A program made the translations under genes and the position numbers. This document shows positions 1 through 14,180 of a stretch of DNA of 64,000 nt, piece by piece (position 1 is the stretch's first letter; every line of letters begins with the position of its first letter). The DNA comes from Eledone cirrhosa (lineage: Eukaryota). The notes beneath the pieces are model-generated. The model ran no database searches. It was not told where the DNA came from and worked only from the letters and a program-made list of their open reading frames with translations. The stretch spans positions 155,434,001-155,498,000 of the forward strand of contig OZ024742.1 of assembly GCA_964016885.1 (NCBI GenBank), read 5' to 3'.

Positions 1-3000
1 GTTAACTTCAGTTTTAGCCACACTGAATCTCTAAAACCACACACTCTCAAACACGCATTAAGTTTATATACGACACCTTCCACTACTTCACTTTCCACCA
101 CCCTTTTCTCTGCATTCTCAATATCCTATATCTTTCATCAGTATATCCTCCGTTAATCCTTTCTCTTCTTTGTAAATAAATAATTCAGATATTTAACCTA
201 GTTTCCATCACCATCTTACCCCACTATCCTAAATTCTCACTCCTTCTCTCTCCTCTTTCCTTTGCCTTCTAACTTTCTTCTCCTCACATCCAGATTCTTC
301 CTCTCCCCTTGCCATTCTCTCTCTCTCACCTTCCCCTAAGTCACATTATTTATCTCTCTTTCTATTTGTTCTACTATCAACACGAACCCTACGCTGTCAT
401 CATTGTTGTATTAGACTGAATTTCATAAAATATAATTATGGTATCGAATAAAAAGAAATCAACGTGAGCAAGGTTGCCTAACGTGGAAGCAATGCTAGTT
501 AGGAAATATTTAAGGTGGTCCCTATATATTTGTATGTTTCATAGATGAATATAGACTACTGGTTGAAGCCATCAGCTGTAAACAAGTATGGCATATTTTG
601 TGTCACGTCAGGATGTCTTTCTACCCACCATATATCCTAACGAAACCCTAGAAACACTTGCTATATTAGTGTCCGTAAAAACAGGCAATAATATTATACA
701 TGATTACTATTTGCTTATCTTTTGATTTCAACTGATATAATGATAAATACCCATGATATACTTATATTCTATACTTCCGAAATTTCTTAGGAAAAGCAAT
801 ATTCTTTAAAAGCGGTATCACAGGCATTCAAAACTACAGTTGACCTTATTTCTAGACATGAAATATTTAATGATTCCGAGCTGAATTATTTGCTCAATCT
901 CCTATAACAATTATAAATCGTTTGGCTAGCTCTCGTAAAATTCATCCAAAAGTACTTCTCATTTTACCTTATTTTACCATATTTTACCTCAAATACTATT
1001 TGCTAATGTTGGAAGCAATATTCACGAAGAAGATAAATGTGTTTCGTGCTGTTTCAGCATTCTTTATCAAACCACATGTTACACAATGCTCACCAAACAG
1101 CGGACAACTCCTTGACTCTCAGTTCTACATGTTGGTAAATAGATAATACCAATAATAAATTGTCCAGTATGCTGTTCGATATTTTTGCAATTGTCAAACA
1201 TTATATGTTTGTACCAACCAGCAGGAAAGCCCCTAAGTGGACAGTACCATTCTAGAAACGACAAACAATCTCTCTCAAATCACGTTTTCCCTACTGGATA
1301 ACTCGGACATTGATGATGAAAGCTGGAATGCGTCATATCATATCTACAGGATCAAAGTTGACCTGGGGCTAAATAATAAAATAAATCGAACGATTGGAGA
1401 TCGATGATTCATGTACACTAAACGAATTTATTAATTGATATTTCTCGTTTAATTCCTACACATTTTGCTTCGTGTAACATTCGTCAGCCATTCAGCAAAC
1501 CATTTTTGTGTATAATTATGAAGCCTACAATCTTCAAATGAAATAATATTTTGATTAATTTTTTTCTATTCCTTCCTGACGTAATATTTCTGACAAAGTT
1601 ATATGTCTTCCAACAGGTTTTTCTCGCTATTGAATATTTTGATTTCCAACATTCACATTCACATTTTCTAAATAAGTATATTTATATAATAGTTCTTCTC
1701 ATATTTATTGCAGGCATATTACTTCATTGATACTCTCCTTACACATTTCCTTAAACTTGGTGGCTAGACACTATGATTAAGGTAACATTAGTGACAAAAG
1801 TTTCTTGCATATACCCATATTACTAAACACATATATGTGTATGCATATAAATATATATATATATATAAACAAACATAAATTATCGAGATTCGCACTTCGG
1901 CCCACGAAATAACGAAAAACAACCTCCGAGATGTGCGGCAAGTGCTCAATGATTCAGATGAACCAGGGCTATAACAAACGTTAAAGGCCAAACACACTGA
2001 GACGATGGTTAAACAATCATTCGCATAGCCATAAAAAAAACGATCAAGTAATTCGGGTATTGCACATTCACCCGGAACCCTGGAAGGTTGGTAAAATCCA
2101 CTATATGGGTTTCTGCGGCTCCTAAATCAAGTACCGTCCGCTTACATAAATAATGTCAGGCTTCTGGTAAGATGATTGAACAATGAAGCCACTTTCTCAA
2201 CAGGTTTTAGTTTAATGTTAATACAAGGACTGACTATTGCTGAACCCACGTGGGGATCGGCATGGAGGTAACCCCTATATCAGGCGAATGAATTCAGTTG
2301 TGTATATTTTTGAAAGAATATATATATATATATATATATAGTAATAAGTTATGGGTGAAAGCAGCGATTATTTGCTTACAATTTCATCTGTCCTTATAAT
2401 ATATATATATATATATACTAAACACGTACGCATTACCTTTCTTTTCTTAACCTTAACATGATTTATTAAAACTTCATTATTAAAACTTCATGATTTATTT
2501 AAAACTCCATCACACGTAACTCCTGCCATTGATATGTTTACTTATACTGTGTATACTGTGCTATTTCTTACGGTTCACGTTATTAGATATTGTCTCTTTA
2601 TCTTGCAGCGGCTTCTCTATTTATTTTGCGGTTAACTATTAATAGTCGACCTTCGCAAATGGCATCTCTCCTTATATTCTCTTCGAGTTTGTTTTTTTTA
2701 CAAATCTCTGTTTACACATCTGTTTCCACACAATTCTACAATAGTTTCCTCTATCCATAAAGTAAACCACAGAAGCGACTATTTCAGAGACACCAATAAC
2801 GCCATTGTTACATGTTTTTCACTACTTCTTTTCAACTACTCTATTCACCTTCACCACATATTATGAAGAATTTAATGTGTATAAATGAACATCCGAGTGT
2901 GTTTCTGCGAGCATATATATTGTTGTCTTTTGTTTTAAGGATAACAGTATTGACACTCATTTAGTTACTATTCGGCAATTTTTTAATGTGATCTTTTGTT

Positions 3001-4422
3001 GCTATTGTTTTGTATTTTCTACATTTGTTTAGTGTTCCTTCTTTTGAAATGTATCCTTCTATTAATGTTCTTGGTGTTATTATTACTATTATTATCAACA
3101 TCACCACCAGCATTCTTAATGTTGTTGTCATATATGTTTGCATTAATGCTTTTGTTAATTTTTTTGTTGTTTTTATTATGGCTAGTTTTCGTTTACATTT
3201 AGTATTAATGTCGTGTCCTGTGATGAGGTGTTGCTATGGCAACAACAGAGTATTCCTCAAACTCAAGGTTTTGTAATACAGGACCGTATTGTGTTTCATT
3301 ACATTGAACAATTAATTTATATTGTCATCATCTTAGAAAACTATTTTGTTCGAGACGAAATAGGAGAGACATGAATATTACATCAAATAAAATACCAAGT
3401 AGAAAAGATTTTTAACAGCAAATATTTTATGGCTACTTTTCATACTAAAGTCATTTGCTATGAGACCCTAAAAAAGCAATTTTATCGCAATTAAGATTAT
3501 CAAATCTGAAAATTATGAAAAGTTCAAAAGCTGAATAGCTGAGATTACCAAAAGCTCAAAAGCTGAAACTAAATTCATCGCAGTTAAGATTATCAAAAGC
3601 TGAAACTAAACAAAAAAACTATCCCAATTAATAACGGCAATAAAGACTTTTTGTTACTTCTTGTTCCAAAATGCTCACAAGCGTAGAAAAGTGGATGTAA
3701 GATGCCAGTGAACCGATTCTGGAGCGCGTTTTCATTTCTCCTTTTAGGTTTCCTTTAAATCTTTCTCACTAAAATAACTAATCAATGTCAAAATCGCTGC
3801 TCCCGATCGAATGAAGGACTGGAATATTTATATAATTTTCTATCTTATCGACTTTATTAAATTGACTATGCAGAGTAACATGTCCCTGGCGCTTTCACGT
3901 TGCTGTTTGAAATATTTTTATATAACACTACACAGAAATCCTCTCAAAAATGTTAGTTATATAATAGGTTGACGTACAGAATGACCATCTAATTTTGCCA
4001 TGAATCACAAAATACTGTCTTAAACAATGAATGCACCATAGTATAAATTACTGCTAAAGACACAACTTTTAAGATGCGATTTGGAAAAATACATGACTAA
4101 CCAATAATGTTCAGGGAGGCCAACTCGGTTTTCCTTAAGCCCACTGCATTAATATGAAATCTATGATATATATTTCCACCACAGCATAATGATTATATGA
4201 TACAATACCCAATAGGAATCATAGGTGATTATATCTTTCTTTCTATTCGTTATAGATATGTGACAATTACTATAGTACATAATTAATGCATAGAAATCTT
4301 ACTTTCAATCTGTCAATTTATATCATACGGTAAATATTAGAACCATGTATTTTTATAATAAATATCTTACTATATCATATACATTCTTTCTATCCAAACA
4401 ACATATTACCAAGAATAAACTG

Positions 4423-4469
4423 AAATAACTTTACTATATCTTGTTTAACAAGATATAGTAAAGTTATTT
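4423..4469. repeat. Perfect hairpin, 23-bp arms with 1-nt spacer
   Basis: aaataactttactatatcttgtt-t-aacaagatatagtaaagttattt. Confidence 0.9.
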
Positions 4470-4664
4470 ATAAATATATATACAATCATTTTGAATAAAC
4501 TAAAACCGAAAGTTTACACAGGAAAAACAAAGATCAATATGTCTGTATTGCAGTAAAATTATTATACAAAACAAAATTGCCCTCGACATATGATTCCTCA
4601 CCGTTACAGTTCCCTTAAGTATTATGCCTATGTAAGCATACACACATACATTTGTAAATATATT

Positions 4665-4887
4665 AGAGCAAACATCACGGGAGCTCTATTTCAAAAGTAT
4701 TTTTGAAAAGCATTAGAAATGCGCAACCGGTAATACTTAAAACCAAAATCGATTACTAACCAATACTATTACTAATTTTTACTTATTCCTAATTAAATTA
4801 TTTTTCACTGGGAACAATTTATCAGCATTTTCTTTTCCTTTTACCAATATATCATAACTCGTGTGTTACACATCTATTCTTTTAAAT
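4665..4887 (+). mobile_element. Short (TA)n-anchored repeat, family D
   Basis: Reverse complement of 10161-10393; runs into (TA)n at about 4887. Confidence 0.7.
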
Positions 4888-4908
4888 ATATATATATATA
4901 TATATATA

Positions 4909-5196
4909 GTTAAAGAATGAAGATTAACATGGTTGGCTGTACAATAAGGGCTTTATTTAAAGTGCTGACACTTGTTTCGTTGATCATGTGGGTCTAGAGT
5001 TCGCTAATCGCTTGAGGTTGCGTTATTCGATCTCCAATACATTAATCCCCACTCGCCAACACATAAGAGGCATGCGCGAACACATAATTATGGAAGCATC
5101 TTGTTGAGTCAAAAAAAGCCGTAAGTTGAAACTATCCACGACGCAGAGAACTCATAACATCTAACTGGATTACATATAACGATAACCTGTTATCCC

Positions 5197-5198
<2 letters not shown>
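4909..5198. mobile_element. Short (TA)n-embedded repeat, family P (putative PLE pLTR derivative)
   Basis: Both ends match 7842-8150 in reverse orientation, and the right end matches 55780-55910. The minus strand carries an HHR 3'-half-like GAAA-caagtg-TC. Flanked by (TA)n on both sides. Confidence 0.65.
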
Positions 5199-5253
<55 letters not shown>

Positions 5254-5484
5254 GAAACACACAGATATATGCGGACACACACATATATACATGAATGCAT
5301 CCGCACCCAACTGTGAGTTAAGGGTGCCAACTTCACCGATGTTGCTCAATGAATGACTGGGACAGACCAATTCAGTTTGAACCAGACTGAACCAGTATCA
5401 GAGTTAAAAATACATTATGAAGAGAGAAGAAACATTTAGATATAATTAGTAATAAAATGTATCATACCTAAACTGTTCCTAAAT

Positions 5485-5572
5485 TCCTCGACTACGTAGT
5501 TTCGTGGCATAAACAAAAACAATATATCAAAGATATAGAGTCCTTGCGAGGTCTGCCGACTTATCAAGAGGA
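5485..5572 (-). ncRNA. Type I hammerhead ribozyme, U3-A8 core variant
   Basis: Minus strand: tcctc-TTGATAA-gtcggca...tgccac-GAAA-ctacgtag-TC-gagga. Stem I tcctc/gagga; palindromic helix III. Confidence 0.8.
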
Positions 5573-6075
5573 TACCTCATTTTACTAGTATCAAGAACGC
5601 GTCTACACGACGTGAGAAAGAATCCCAAAAGGCGGAGGGGGAGATAGTCACGCGATATAACGGTCGAGAAACAGAGCTAAGCCTCCTATAACCACGAAGA
5701 AAATACCACAGAGGCGGAGGGGGTATTCATATCGAGGCCGTAGAAGAGGTAGTGAAGAAGGCGAGAAGTATGAGTAATGGAAGCTTTCCAGTTGTCCCCA
5801 CACCTCAAAGATTGCTCGACCAGAGGGAGTTATTAATATATTTAGAAACACACAGATATATGCGGACACACACATATATACATGAATGCATCCGCACCCA
5901 ACTGTGAGTTAAGGGTGCCAACTTCACCGATGTTGCTCAATGAATGACTGGGACAGACCAATTCAGTTTGAACCAGACTGAACCAGTATCTGAGTTAAAA
6001 ATACATTATGAAGAGAGAAGAAACATTTAGATATAATTAGTAATAAAATGTATCATACCTAAACTGTTCCTAAAT

Positions 6076-6163
6076 TCCTCGACTACGTAGTTTCGTGGCA
6101 TAAACAAAAACAATATATCAAAGATATAGAGTCCTTGCGAGGTCTGCCGACTTATCAAGAGGA
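6076..6163 (-). ncRNA. Type I hammerhead ribozyme, U3-A8 core variant (second tandem copy)
   Basis: Identical motif 591 bp from the first. Confidence 0.8.
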
Positions 6164-6381
6164 TACCTCATTTTACTAGTCTCAAGAACGCGTCTACACG
6201 ACGTGAGAAAGAATCCCAAAAGGCGGAGGGGGAGATAGTCACGCGATATAACGGTCGAGAAACAGAGCTAAGCCTCCTATAACCACGAAGAAAATACCAC
6301 AGAGGCGGAGGGGGTATTCATATCGAGGCCGTAGAAGAGGTAGTGAAGAAGGCGAGAAGTATGAGTAATGGAAGCTTTCCA

Positions 6382-6447
<66 letters not shown>

Positions 6448-7012
6448 TGATTTATTTTCTTTTGACTTGTGAGCGAGGCAGGGTACCCGTTTGTTTCCAG
6501 CACTTTGGGAAATCGCTTGGTGTGGGTGCCACCATTCACGGGATCGCTGCATCTGTTTTTGATTCGCGTGATACGAATATACTACACTGCTAATACAGAA
6601 ACCGGCACACATGATTGACAGCTAACGCCACCCCACTCCCACAATTAAAAGAACTACTTCGACAGTCGACCTTTCCTTGACCGGACTTATTCCGATCAAA
6701 CGACCAGCAGAGGACACGTACCGTTCCTTTCCGACAGATAATATCCTCCCAGCACCCACCCCCCCATGGTTGATGTGGGGGTGGGGGGCTTCCAAGGTTA
6801 CTCTATCTCGCGTTATTATTTTTTTTTGTACGCTCTTTCCCACGTTCCTCTACACACTATACATATTATTCTACATGCCCTTACATCTCTCTCCTCACCA
6901 CCGGATCCTGTTACCCGGAGAATTAACAATCTGCATTATTGATGCTTTCAAAACGACCGAAAGAAAATAAATATTATCATTCCACATTGCTTCAAGCAAA
7001 CTTCAATACTCT

Positions 7013-7045
<33 letters not shown>

Positions 7046-7051
<6 letters not shown>

Positions 7052-7521
7052 ATACTTTGGGAGGGTCATGTTGCCAATAAGAAACACACGCACCAGATGT
7101 TTAACTTCAATTTATTATAATAAATTTATAAATTTAGGAATATATACATTTCCGGTTGGTTGGTTGGTTCCACAACCAGATGGTTGCTTATATATTGTCA
7201 AAGTTCTTTCGTCACACATTATGTGACCTCTTCAGTGACTGGGGGTTATTTTCTTTATTTTTGTGTGCTCTCCTTTGTTCTGTCCTAACTTTGACAATAT
7301 ATAAACAACCATCTGGTTGTGGAACCAAACAACCAACCGGAAATTTAAACATTCCTAAATTTATAAATTCCTAAATTTATAAATTTATTATAATAAATTT
7401 AAGTGAAAGCAACTGGTGCGTGTGTTTCTTATTGGCAACATGACCCTCCCAAAGTATATCAATATCGGTTTCAACACACGTTTTCAGATAAAGAATCTTG
7501 CTAAACAAATTCAAAAAAAAA
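7046..7521. mobile_element. Inverted-repeat element in (TA)n, family A
   Basis: Arms about 7046-7205 and 7288-7464, plus a one-sided tail cggtttcaacacacg...; same termini as 39731-39890. Confidence 0.85.
7197..7239 (-). ncRNA. Minimal type I hammerhead ribozyme (family A)
   Basis: Minus strand: gtca-CTGAAGA-g-gtcacat aat gtgtgac-GAAA-gaac-TT-tgac. Confidence 0.7.
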
Positions 7522-7544
7522 TGTATATATATGTATATATATAT

Positions 7545-7713
7545 AACAAAGGAACTGTAGTAAGGAACCAGATACGCCATAACGCACCAGAGTACTCAAA
7601 TAGGAAGAAGTATGACTCCGACGGCAGAGCTCAAGCCGTTTCGACGGCTATTTCTGGATAGAAATAGCCGTCGAAACGGCTTGAGCTCTGCCGTCGGGGT
7701 CATACTTTTTCCT
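7545..7713. mobile_element. Inverted-repeat element in (TA)n, family B
   Basis: Hairpin about 7600-7713 with a left-hand tail. Each arm carries the HHR 3' half GAAA-cggc-ttgagctct-gccg-TC-gg. Related to 30077-30285 and 59234-59370. Confidence 0.8.
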
Positions 7714-7776
7714 ATATATATATAATGAGGTAATTATATTGTATTATTTATTATACATCATATATATATATATACA

Positions 7777-7838
<62 letters not shown>

Positions 7839-7841
7839 TTA

Positions 7842-8289
<448 letters not shown>

Positions 8290-9035
8290 CACTCGTAGAT
8301 TTTAAAGGTTTTATTCTCTAAAAGTATTGATTGAATCTATGACCGATATTATGACTTGAGAGTACGCTCATCGCGGTGTAGAGCCGTATGGGAGGCTGTC
8401 TAAGATAAATAAACTCACCAAATCCCATACCTCCGATAGATCAAATAGATCATCGTTGGTTGTGTATTTTTCATCCAGGCAACCCGATTATTGAAGAAGT
8501 GGGTTTATCTGTAGTGGATTGTAAGAATCCAATTCATGTATACTTGTAAAGTTACTTACACAATCCGAATCCGATCAAGTACAGTCTTTGCAATCAAAGG
8601 AAAAAAATCAATAATATCGAATTGAGTAAATCTAGCTTTATCAGTTTAATTGAGTGAGTTAAATGAATTAATTGTAACTTGAATATGTTCCCACTGGTTA
8701 AGGGTAGAATGATTTCTAATATTCTTATGTATATTCTTATCTATATTAACTAAACTTAATTCTGTTTTGGCAGGGTTTAGGAGCATGCAGGCAAAGGTTT
8801 CTGTAAAATCTGCTTTGCGATCCTTAAATAGGAAGCAGGCAATACTTTTAGTTAATTATTCTATTTGTTTTATCTACTTTAAGGGTGGCGTCATTGTAAG
8901 TAGCCTTATCATTGATAGTATAGTAAGTAGTATGTTCATATTTTTTCTATATATGGATTTAATGTACCTGTTTTGTAGATGGTTGTAGGTAGATTGGACC
9001 ATTTCATACAGATATTTAGTTATATCTGGTAACAC
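8290..9035 (-). pseudogene. Degenerate Penelope-like element reverse transcriptase fragment
   Basis: Manual minus-strand translation across frameshifts gives FLFKDRKADF..CMLLNPAKTE, STLNQWE, KARFTQFDIIDFFPLI, SEVWDLVSLFILDS and ALHRDE. These match PLE RT motifs (LKDHK, CRLINPAKSE, LNQW, FDIVDFYPSI, EVCELVGL, GLYRDD) in the expected order. Confidence 0.8.
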
Positions 9036-9107
9036 ACTCACACACATACATATATATAAATATTTCTATGTATGGATATACATACACATATATAGACACA
9101 CACACTT

Positions 9108-9188
<81 letters not shown>

Positions 9189-9194
<6 letters not shown>

Positions 9195-10102
9195 ACTAGA
9201 AATTGATTAACATATAAATAAACATATGAAACAATCACAGGGGATAATTTTTACAAGTGTGCAAGCACACATAGCTAGGTAGGTAACTAAATAAAGTTAA
9301 CTAGAACTTCAAAAATAGATACCTTATAATATGATTAATCTTCCTTGTATATATTCCATTTAAGAAATATATTTCAGCAATTAATCGATTGGTAAACGAC
9401 GGAGGCCGGTACTTGGATTCACAAGGAAGAAGTCCAGCGATCTGTGTTTACGCATTAAGTTCAAATCAGCGAATGGCCAGTAACACGTGCTATATCTACT
9501 AAAAATACACACATCATACCAGATTAAACTCATTTTGATTTATAATTTTGGATATAGATATATAAATACGGCTCCTTAATTGTAAAGCTAACTCTGTTGA
9601 AAGGACTTGACTGCTGTTTCTAGTTGTAGATAACCCTATTAACGGCACTGGGACGAAGCTGGTATGATGTGTGTATTTTTAGTAGATACAGCACGTGTTA
9701 CAGGCCAGTCGCTGATTTGAACTTAATGCGTAAACACAGATCGCTGAACTTCTTCCTTGTTGAGAATCTAAGTTCCGGTCTCCGTCGTTAACCAATCGAT
9801 TAATTGGTGAAATATATTTATTTTATGGAATATATGCAAGGAAGATTAATCATATTATAAGGTATCTATTTTTGAAGTTCTAATAAACTTTACTTAGCCA
9901 TCTACCTAGATATGTGTGCTTGCACACTTGTAAAAATTATCCCCTGTGATTGTTTCATATGTTTATTTATATGTTAATCAATTTCTAGTTGTTATAAAAT
10001 GCTCGGACCTATTTATTAGAATGTAGAGCTTATTTTACGTGTGATATGGCGCATGCTTTTTTGGCATGACACCCATAATTTTGATTTAGATTAAATTAAT
10101 TT

Positions 10103-10105
<3 letters not shown>
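9189..10105. mobile_element. Inverted-repeat element in (TA)n, family C
   Basis: Arms of about 330 bp (9189-9521 and 9659-9995), a spacer of about 137 bp and a one-sided tail of about 110 bp; (TA)n on both sides. Confidence 0.85.
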
Positions 10106-10160
<55 letters not shown>

Positions 10161-10164
<4 letters not shown>

Positions 10165-10501
10165 AAAGAATAGAGGTGTAACACACAAGTTATTATATAT
10201 TGGTGAACGAAATAGAAAATGCTGACAAATTGTTCACAGTTGAAAAATGGTTTAATTAGGAATAGAAGAGTATTAGTGATTGTATGGGTTAGTATTCAGT
10301 TGTGGTTTTAAGTTTTTAAGTTTTTACCGGTTGCGCATTTCTAAATGCTTTTCAAAAATAATTTTGAGATAGAGTGTCCGTGCTGTTTGCTCTGTAAAAC
10401 CACAACTGAATACTAACCCATACAATCACTAATACTCTTTTATTCCTAATTAAACCATTTTTCAACTGTGAACAATTTGTCAGCATTTTCTATTCCGTTT
10501 A

Positions 10502-10507
<6 letters not shown>
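10161..10507. mobile_element. Inverted-repeat element in (TA)n, family D
   Basis: 10394-10507 is an inverted copy of about 10195-10310; the left arm has an extra tail. Confidence 0.8.
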
Positions 10508-10597
<90 letters not shown>

Positions 10598-10664
10598 CAT
10601 ATGTGAATGGTACAGTATATGGAAGGGATATATTAGGTTAACTCTTGATATAGCAGGAAAAAGG

Positions 10665-10693
10665 TCTTAACGTTTCGGACGCTAGTCAGAAGA
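10665..10693 (-). ncRNA. Degenerate hammerhead remnant with partly deleted core
   Basis: Minus strand: tctt-CTGA-[deletion]-ctagcgtcc-GAAA-cg-TT-aaga. Confidence 0.4.
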
Positions 10694-10825
10694 AATAGTG
10701 AGAAATAAGATAGATTGAGGGGACGGGCGAGATAGAATTTGAAAAAATATCTTTAGATAAAAATAACAAATCCATTGATGTTGACATCGTGTGTGTGTGT
10801 GTCTGTGTGAATGAATGTGTGTATG

Positions 10826-10909
<84 letters not shown>

Positions 10910-12607
10910 TGTGTATGTGTGTGTGTGTGTGATTATTTTAATGTGCGTATTGTTTGTACTTCTGATTGAGTTTTGAAAAGCAGAGAAAAGAAAATAGTAG
11001 TTTTTTTCTGAATCACATCGTGGATGAATTATCCATTAAAATCATAGCTTCCGGAAGAAGCATTTCGCATGTAATATCATTTGAGATCAACTCTAAGAAT
11101 CGTTTTGTTTTCTTTTATTTCTCTTAATCTACAGCAATAAATAAGACTAACTAATCAACAATATATTCATATGTTTTAACATTACTTTTGTGTTGTTCAC
11201 GTATAGAGATTTACACAAAAAATAGATATCACATGAATATATATCCTGATCTTAAGAAAATCAACAGCTAGACGTATATTTGAAACATAAATAACTGAAC
11301 TTAAAATGTTAAATGTGATTGAATTGCAATGTTATCGAGGCAAAATCAAATAAATAATCGTTGCTGATTAATTGATACAGCCGAGGTTGACAGGGAACAT
11401 ACGCAAACAATCTAAATCCCGGGTTATATGAAAACATTATATAAGACATACTTAAAGACATGTAATCAATTCAATTCATCATTAAATAATAAAGAAATTA
11501 GAACAACTCTTTCCGAATCTCATTGTTCATATATACTGTATATATTTCCATGATTTATGGAAGAATTCAATGTACGCAGCTTGAGTTGATATTCAGTAGA
11601 TTAAAACGAGGTTTATAGTGCAGAAACATTTTATTAGTTCGATAATATATTACTAAAATTAAAAATTCATTACATCAAATATAATGTGTATATTATGTCT
11701 GTCTAAGTTGTTAGAGTGCCTGGTTTACACACGTGAGGCAATGAGTTCTATTTCTGGACTGGGTGTCTCATTGTTTCTTGAATAATATATTATAATTAGC
11801 AGTGCTCCAGCTCACTCAAGAGGAAAAGTGACTCGACATGGAGGTAGAAGTATATCATGATCCAACCTGAGCTAGTCTTCCACATAACACTCGGTCAGCG
11901 GGTTTCAGTCCCGAAAAAAAAAAGGTTTCTATGTGCAAACACTTGGTTAACTTTGACCCAAGGAAGCCCCATCGCATACACCTCAGAAATTATAACTGAA
12001 GTGTTAGTTAAAGAAAAAGAAAATTGATGAAAGCATGTTTTTGCAACATAGGAAATACTGTCTAATGTTCGATGAAAAAGTATATTGAAGATTAAAATTC
12101 TGAATATCCCAAAGAGACTCCACTTCAGAGACGTATGTATTTAATTTATAATTTATTAATCTAATCTTAACTCTGCTGCCTTCAGGTGAATGCTTAGAGT
12201 AGACGCATTCATTCGGGCCTCTTTCGCTTCATTTGAACGAATTTAATGGCTTCGAGCATCAAGTCCCTCTCCAGCTTTCTCTTCCTTCCAAGAGAATGAA
12301 GCCCAAATCGTATGTCCTGCCCTACCCCATTATTTGGTTAGGTGGCACCATTACGGTGCCTTTTCCAACTTCAAATCTTATAATTTATCTGGTGTGTGCC
12401 AATTCAGTGTTTTCATTTTACAGCGCTAGTGGAAACATCACGTTTTCCCACCAGCAATTTCTTAAAAAACATTTTGACGTATTGTTTGCTTTTGTCTTTG
12501 ATATTTGTAAAGTAATTTTCAACACTCACTTTGTTATTGTTGTTTTTGCTTTTCTCACTCTGATCATTCATCCTGACATTGGCTTTTTTTCTGTATGTAT
12601 AATGTCT

Positions 12608-12920
12608 GTAGGTGTGTGGTTAGGGTATTCGTCTCACAATCCTAAGGTCTTGATTTCGATTCCAGGAGGCGCGTTTTGCTCTTGAGCAAACACTGTATTT
12701 CGCGTTCCACCAATTCACTCAGCTGGTAAGACAGAGCTGTACATTTAAATTTGAATGGCCAGCTTTGTCACATTCTGTGTCACGCTTAATCTCACTGAGA
12801 ATTATGTTATGGTTACGCGTGTCTGGAGAATGTTCAGCTATCTGCACGTCAATTTCAGGAGCAAGCTGTTCCGTCGATCGGTTCAACAGAAACATTCGTC
12901 GTCGAAACCAACAGGGAGCC
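12608..12920 (+). mobile_element. tRNA-derived SINE (degenerate)
   Basis: A/B-box-like head (ggtgtgtggttaggg...gatttcgattcc) followed by a cttgagcaaacact core; related in part to 63457-63730 and 11705-11830. Confidence 0.55.
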
Positions 12921-13461
12921 AGGGAGAGAGAGAGAGCATTTGTGGTGTCAAGCGGTAATGATTTTCCTTATAATTGTGGTGGTGGCCATTTTATTGTTGT
13001 GTTGGTTTACCTTGTTCAGTTTGTGGAGTCCACGGCAGTAACACATTTTTCTAAAATTGAGAAAATAATTTTCCAATTTTCAGTTAATTCATATATATTT
13101 GATTAGTCGTTTTTTATTGTTGTCGTTGCGGTAGGTGGAGTATACGCTGAAATCTGGCTGCTCCAATAATTGCACAGCCGGCTGTTCCTTTCTACGGATG
13201 AACAATCGTTGTACGCTATTATTTTTTTTCCTTAAGATTGCCGGACGTTTTTTGTAAAATAAATGGAGATTTAGGCCTTACGTGTCAGAGGCCGAGGGAC
13301 ATAACCGAACTCACAAGAAATGCGTAGGTTTAAGTCACAAAAACAATATATTTCCAGCAAAACAACATTTATTAGAACAAGATAAATGAAAAACAAACTT
13401 ATCGAGAGAGATATGTACACACGTGTCGAGACACAAACAAATAACAAACAACACCACCACC

Positions 13462-13616
13462 AAGAAGAAGAAGAAGAAGAAGAAGAAGAAGAAGAAGAAG
13501 AAGAAGAAGAAGAAGAAGAAGAAGAAGAAGAAGAAGAAGAAGAAGAAGAAGAAGAAGAAGAAGAAAAAGACGAAGAAAAAGAAAAAGAAAAAGAAAAAGA
13601 AAAAGAAAAAGAAAAA
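13462..13616. repeat. (GAA)n tract followed by (GAAAAA)n
   Basis: Read directly; explains the poly-E/K/F/L ORFs. Confidence 0.95.
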
Positions 13617-14048
13617 GATGAAGAAGAACATACACAGTACGTAATATATGTCGATAAATCAAGGGAAAACTAGAAAAGACAAAACAATATACTATAAACC
13701 AGAATATATACCTAGACGTTCCTGAAAGATCAGATTTGATAAAATAAATTCTGTAGAGGAAAAACTAAAAATAATTGTATATGTTGGTTGAAGAAAACTG
13801 AAATAGAAAGAGGAGGAAAGAAAGAGAAAGATGGATAGAAATAAAAAAAAAAGAATACATGACAGCAGAGAGAAGCATTGACATTATTTTAAAACAAGTC
13901 AGACGCCAGGTAGGAAAATACACGTGTGAAAACAGCAAGGTAGATTTATCTCGTCTCATTTCCCTACATATATATCTGTTATTGGATCTATCTATAGCTT
14001 TATCTATATATGTGGACACACACACACATTCACAGACACACAGACACA

Positions 14049-14129
<81 letters not shown>

Positions 14130-14138
14130 ATGTATGTA

Positions 14139-14180
<42 letters not shown>

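Larger units (their letters stand above)
5251..6381 (-). mobile_element. Tandem 591-bp unit (about 1.9 copies), one hammerhead per unit; retrozyme/PLE-pLTR-like
   Basis: 5251-5841 is repeated almost identically from 5842 to 6381 (two substitutions seen); embedded in (TA)n. Confidence 0.85.

Noticed and set aside
1-400. Pyrimidine-rich segment, possibly a decayed minus-strand LINE
   Set aside because: Only a vague resemblance; no ordered motifs.
11320-11530. Possible very old PLE GIY-YIG remnant (FNSSLNNKEIRTTLSES)
   Set aside because: Too degenerate to support without a profile search.
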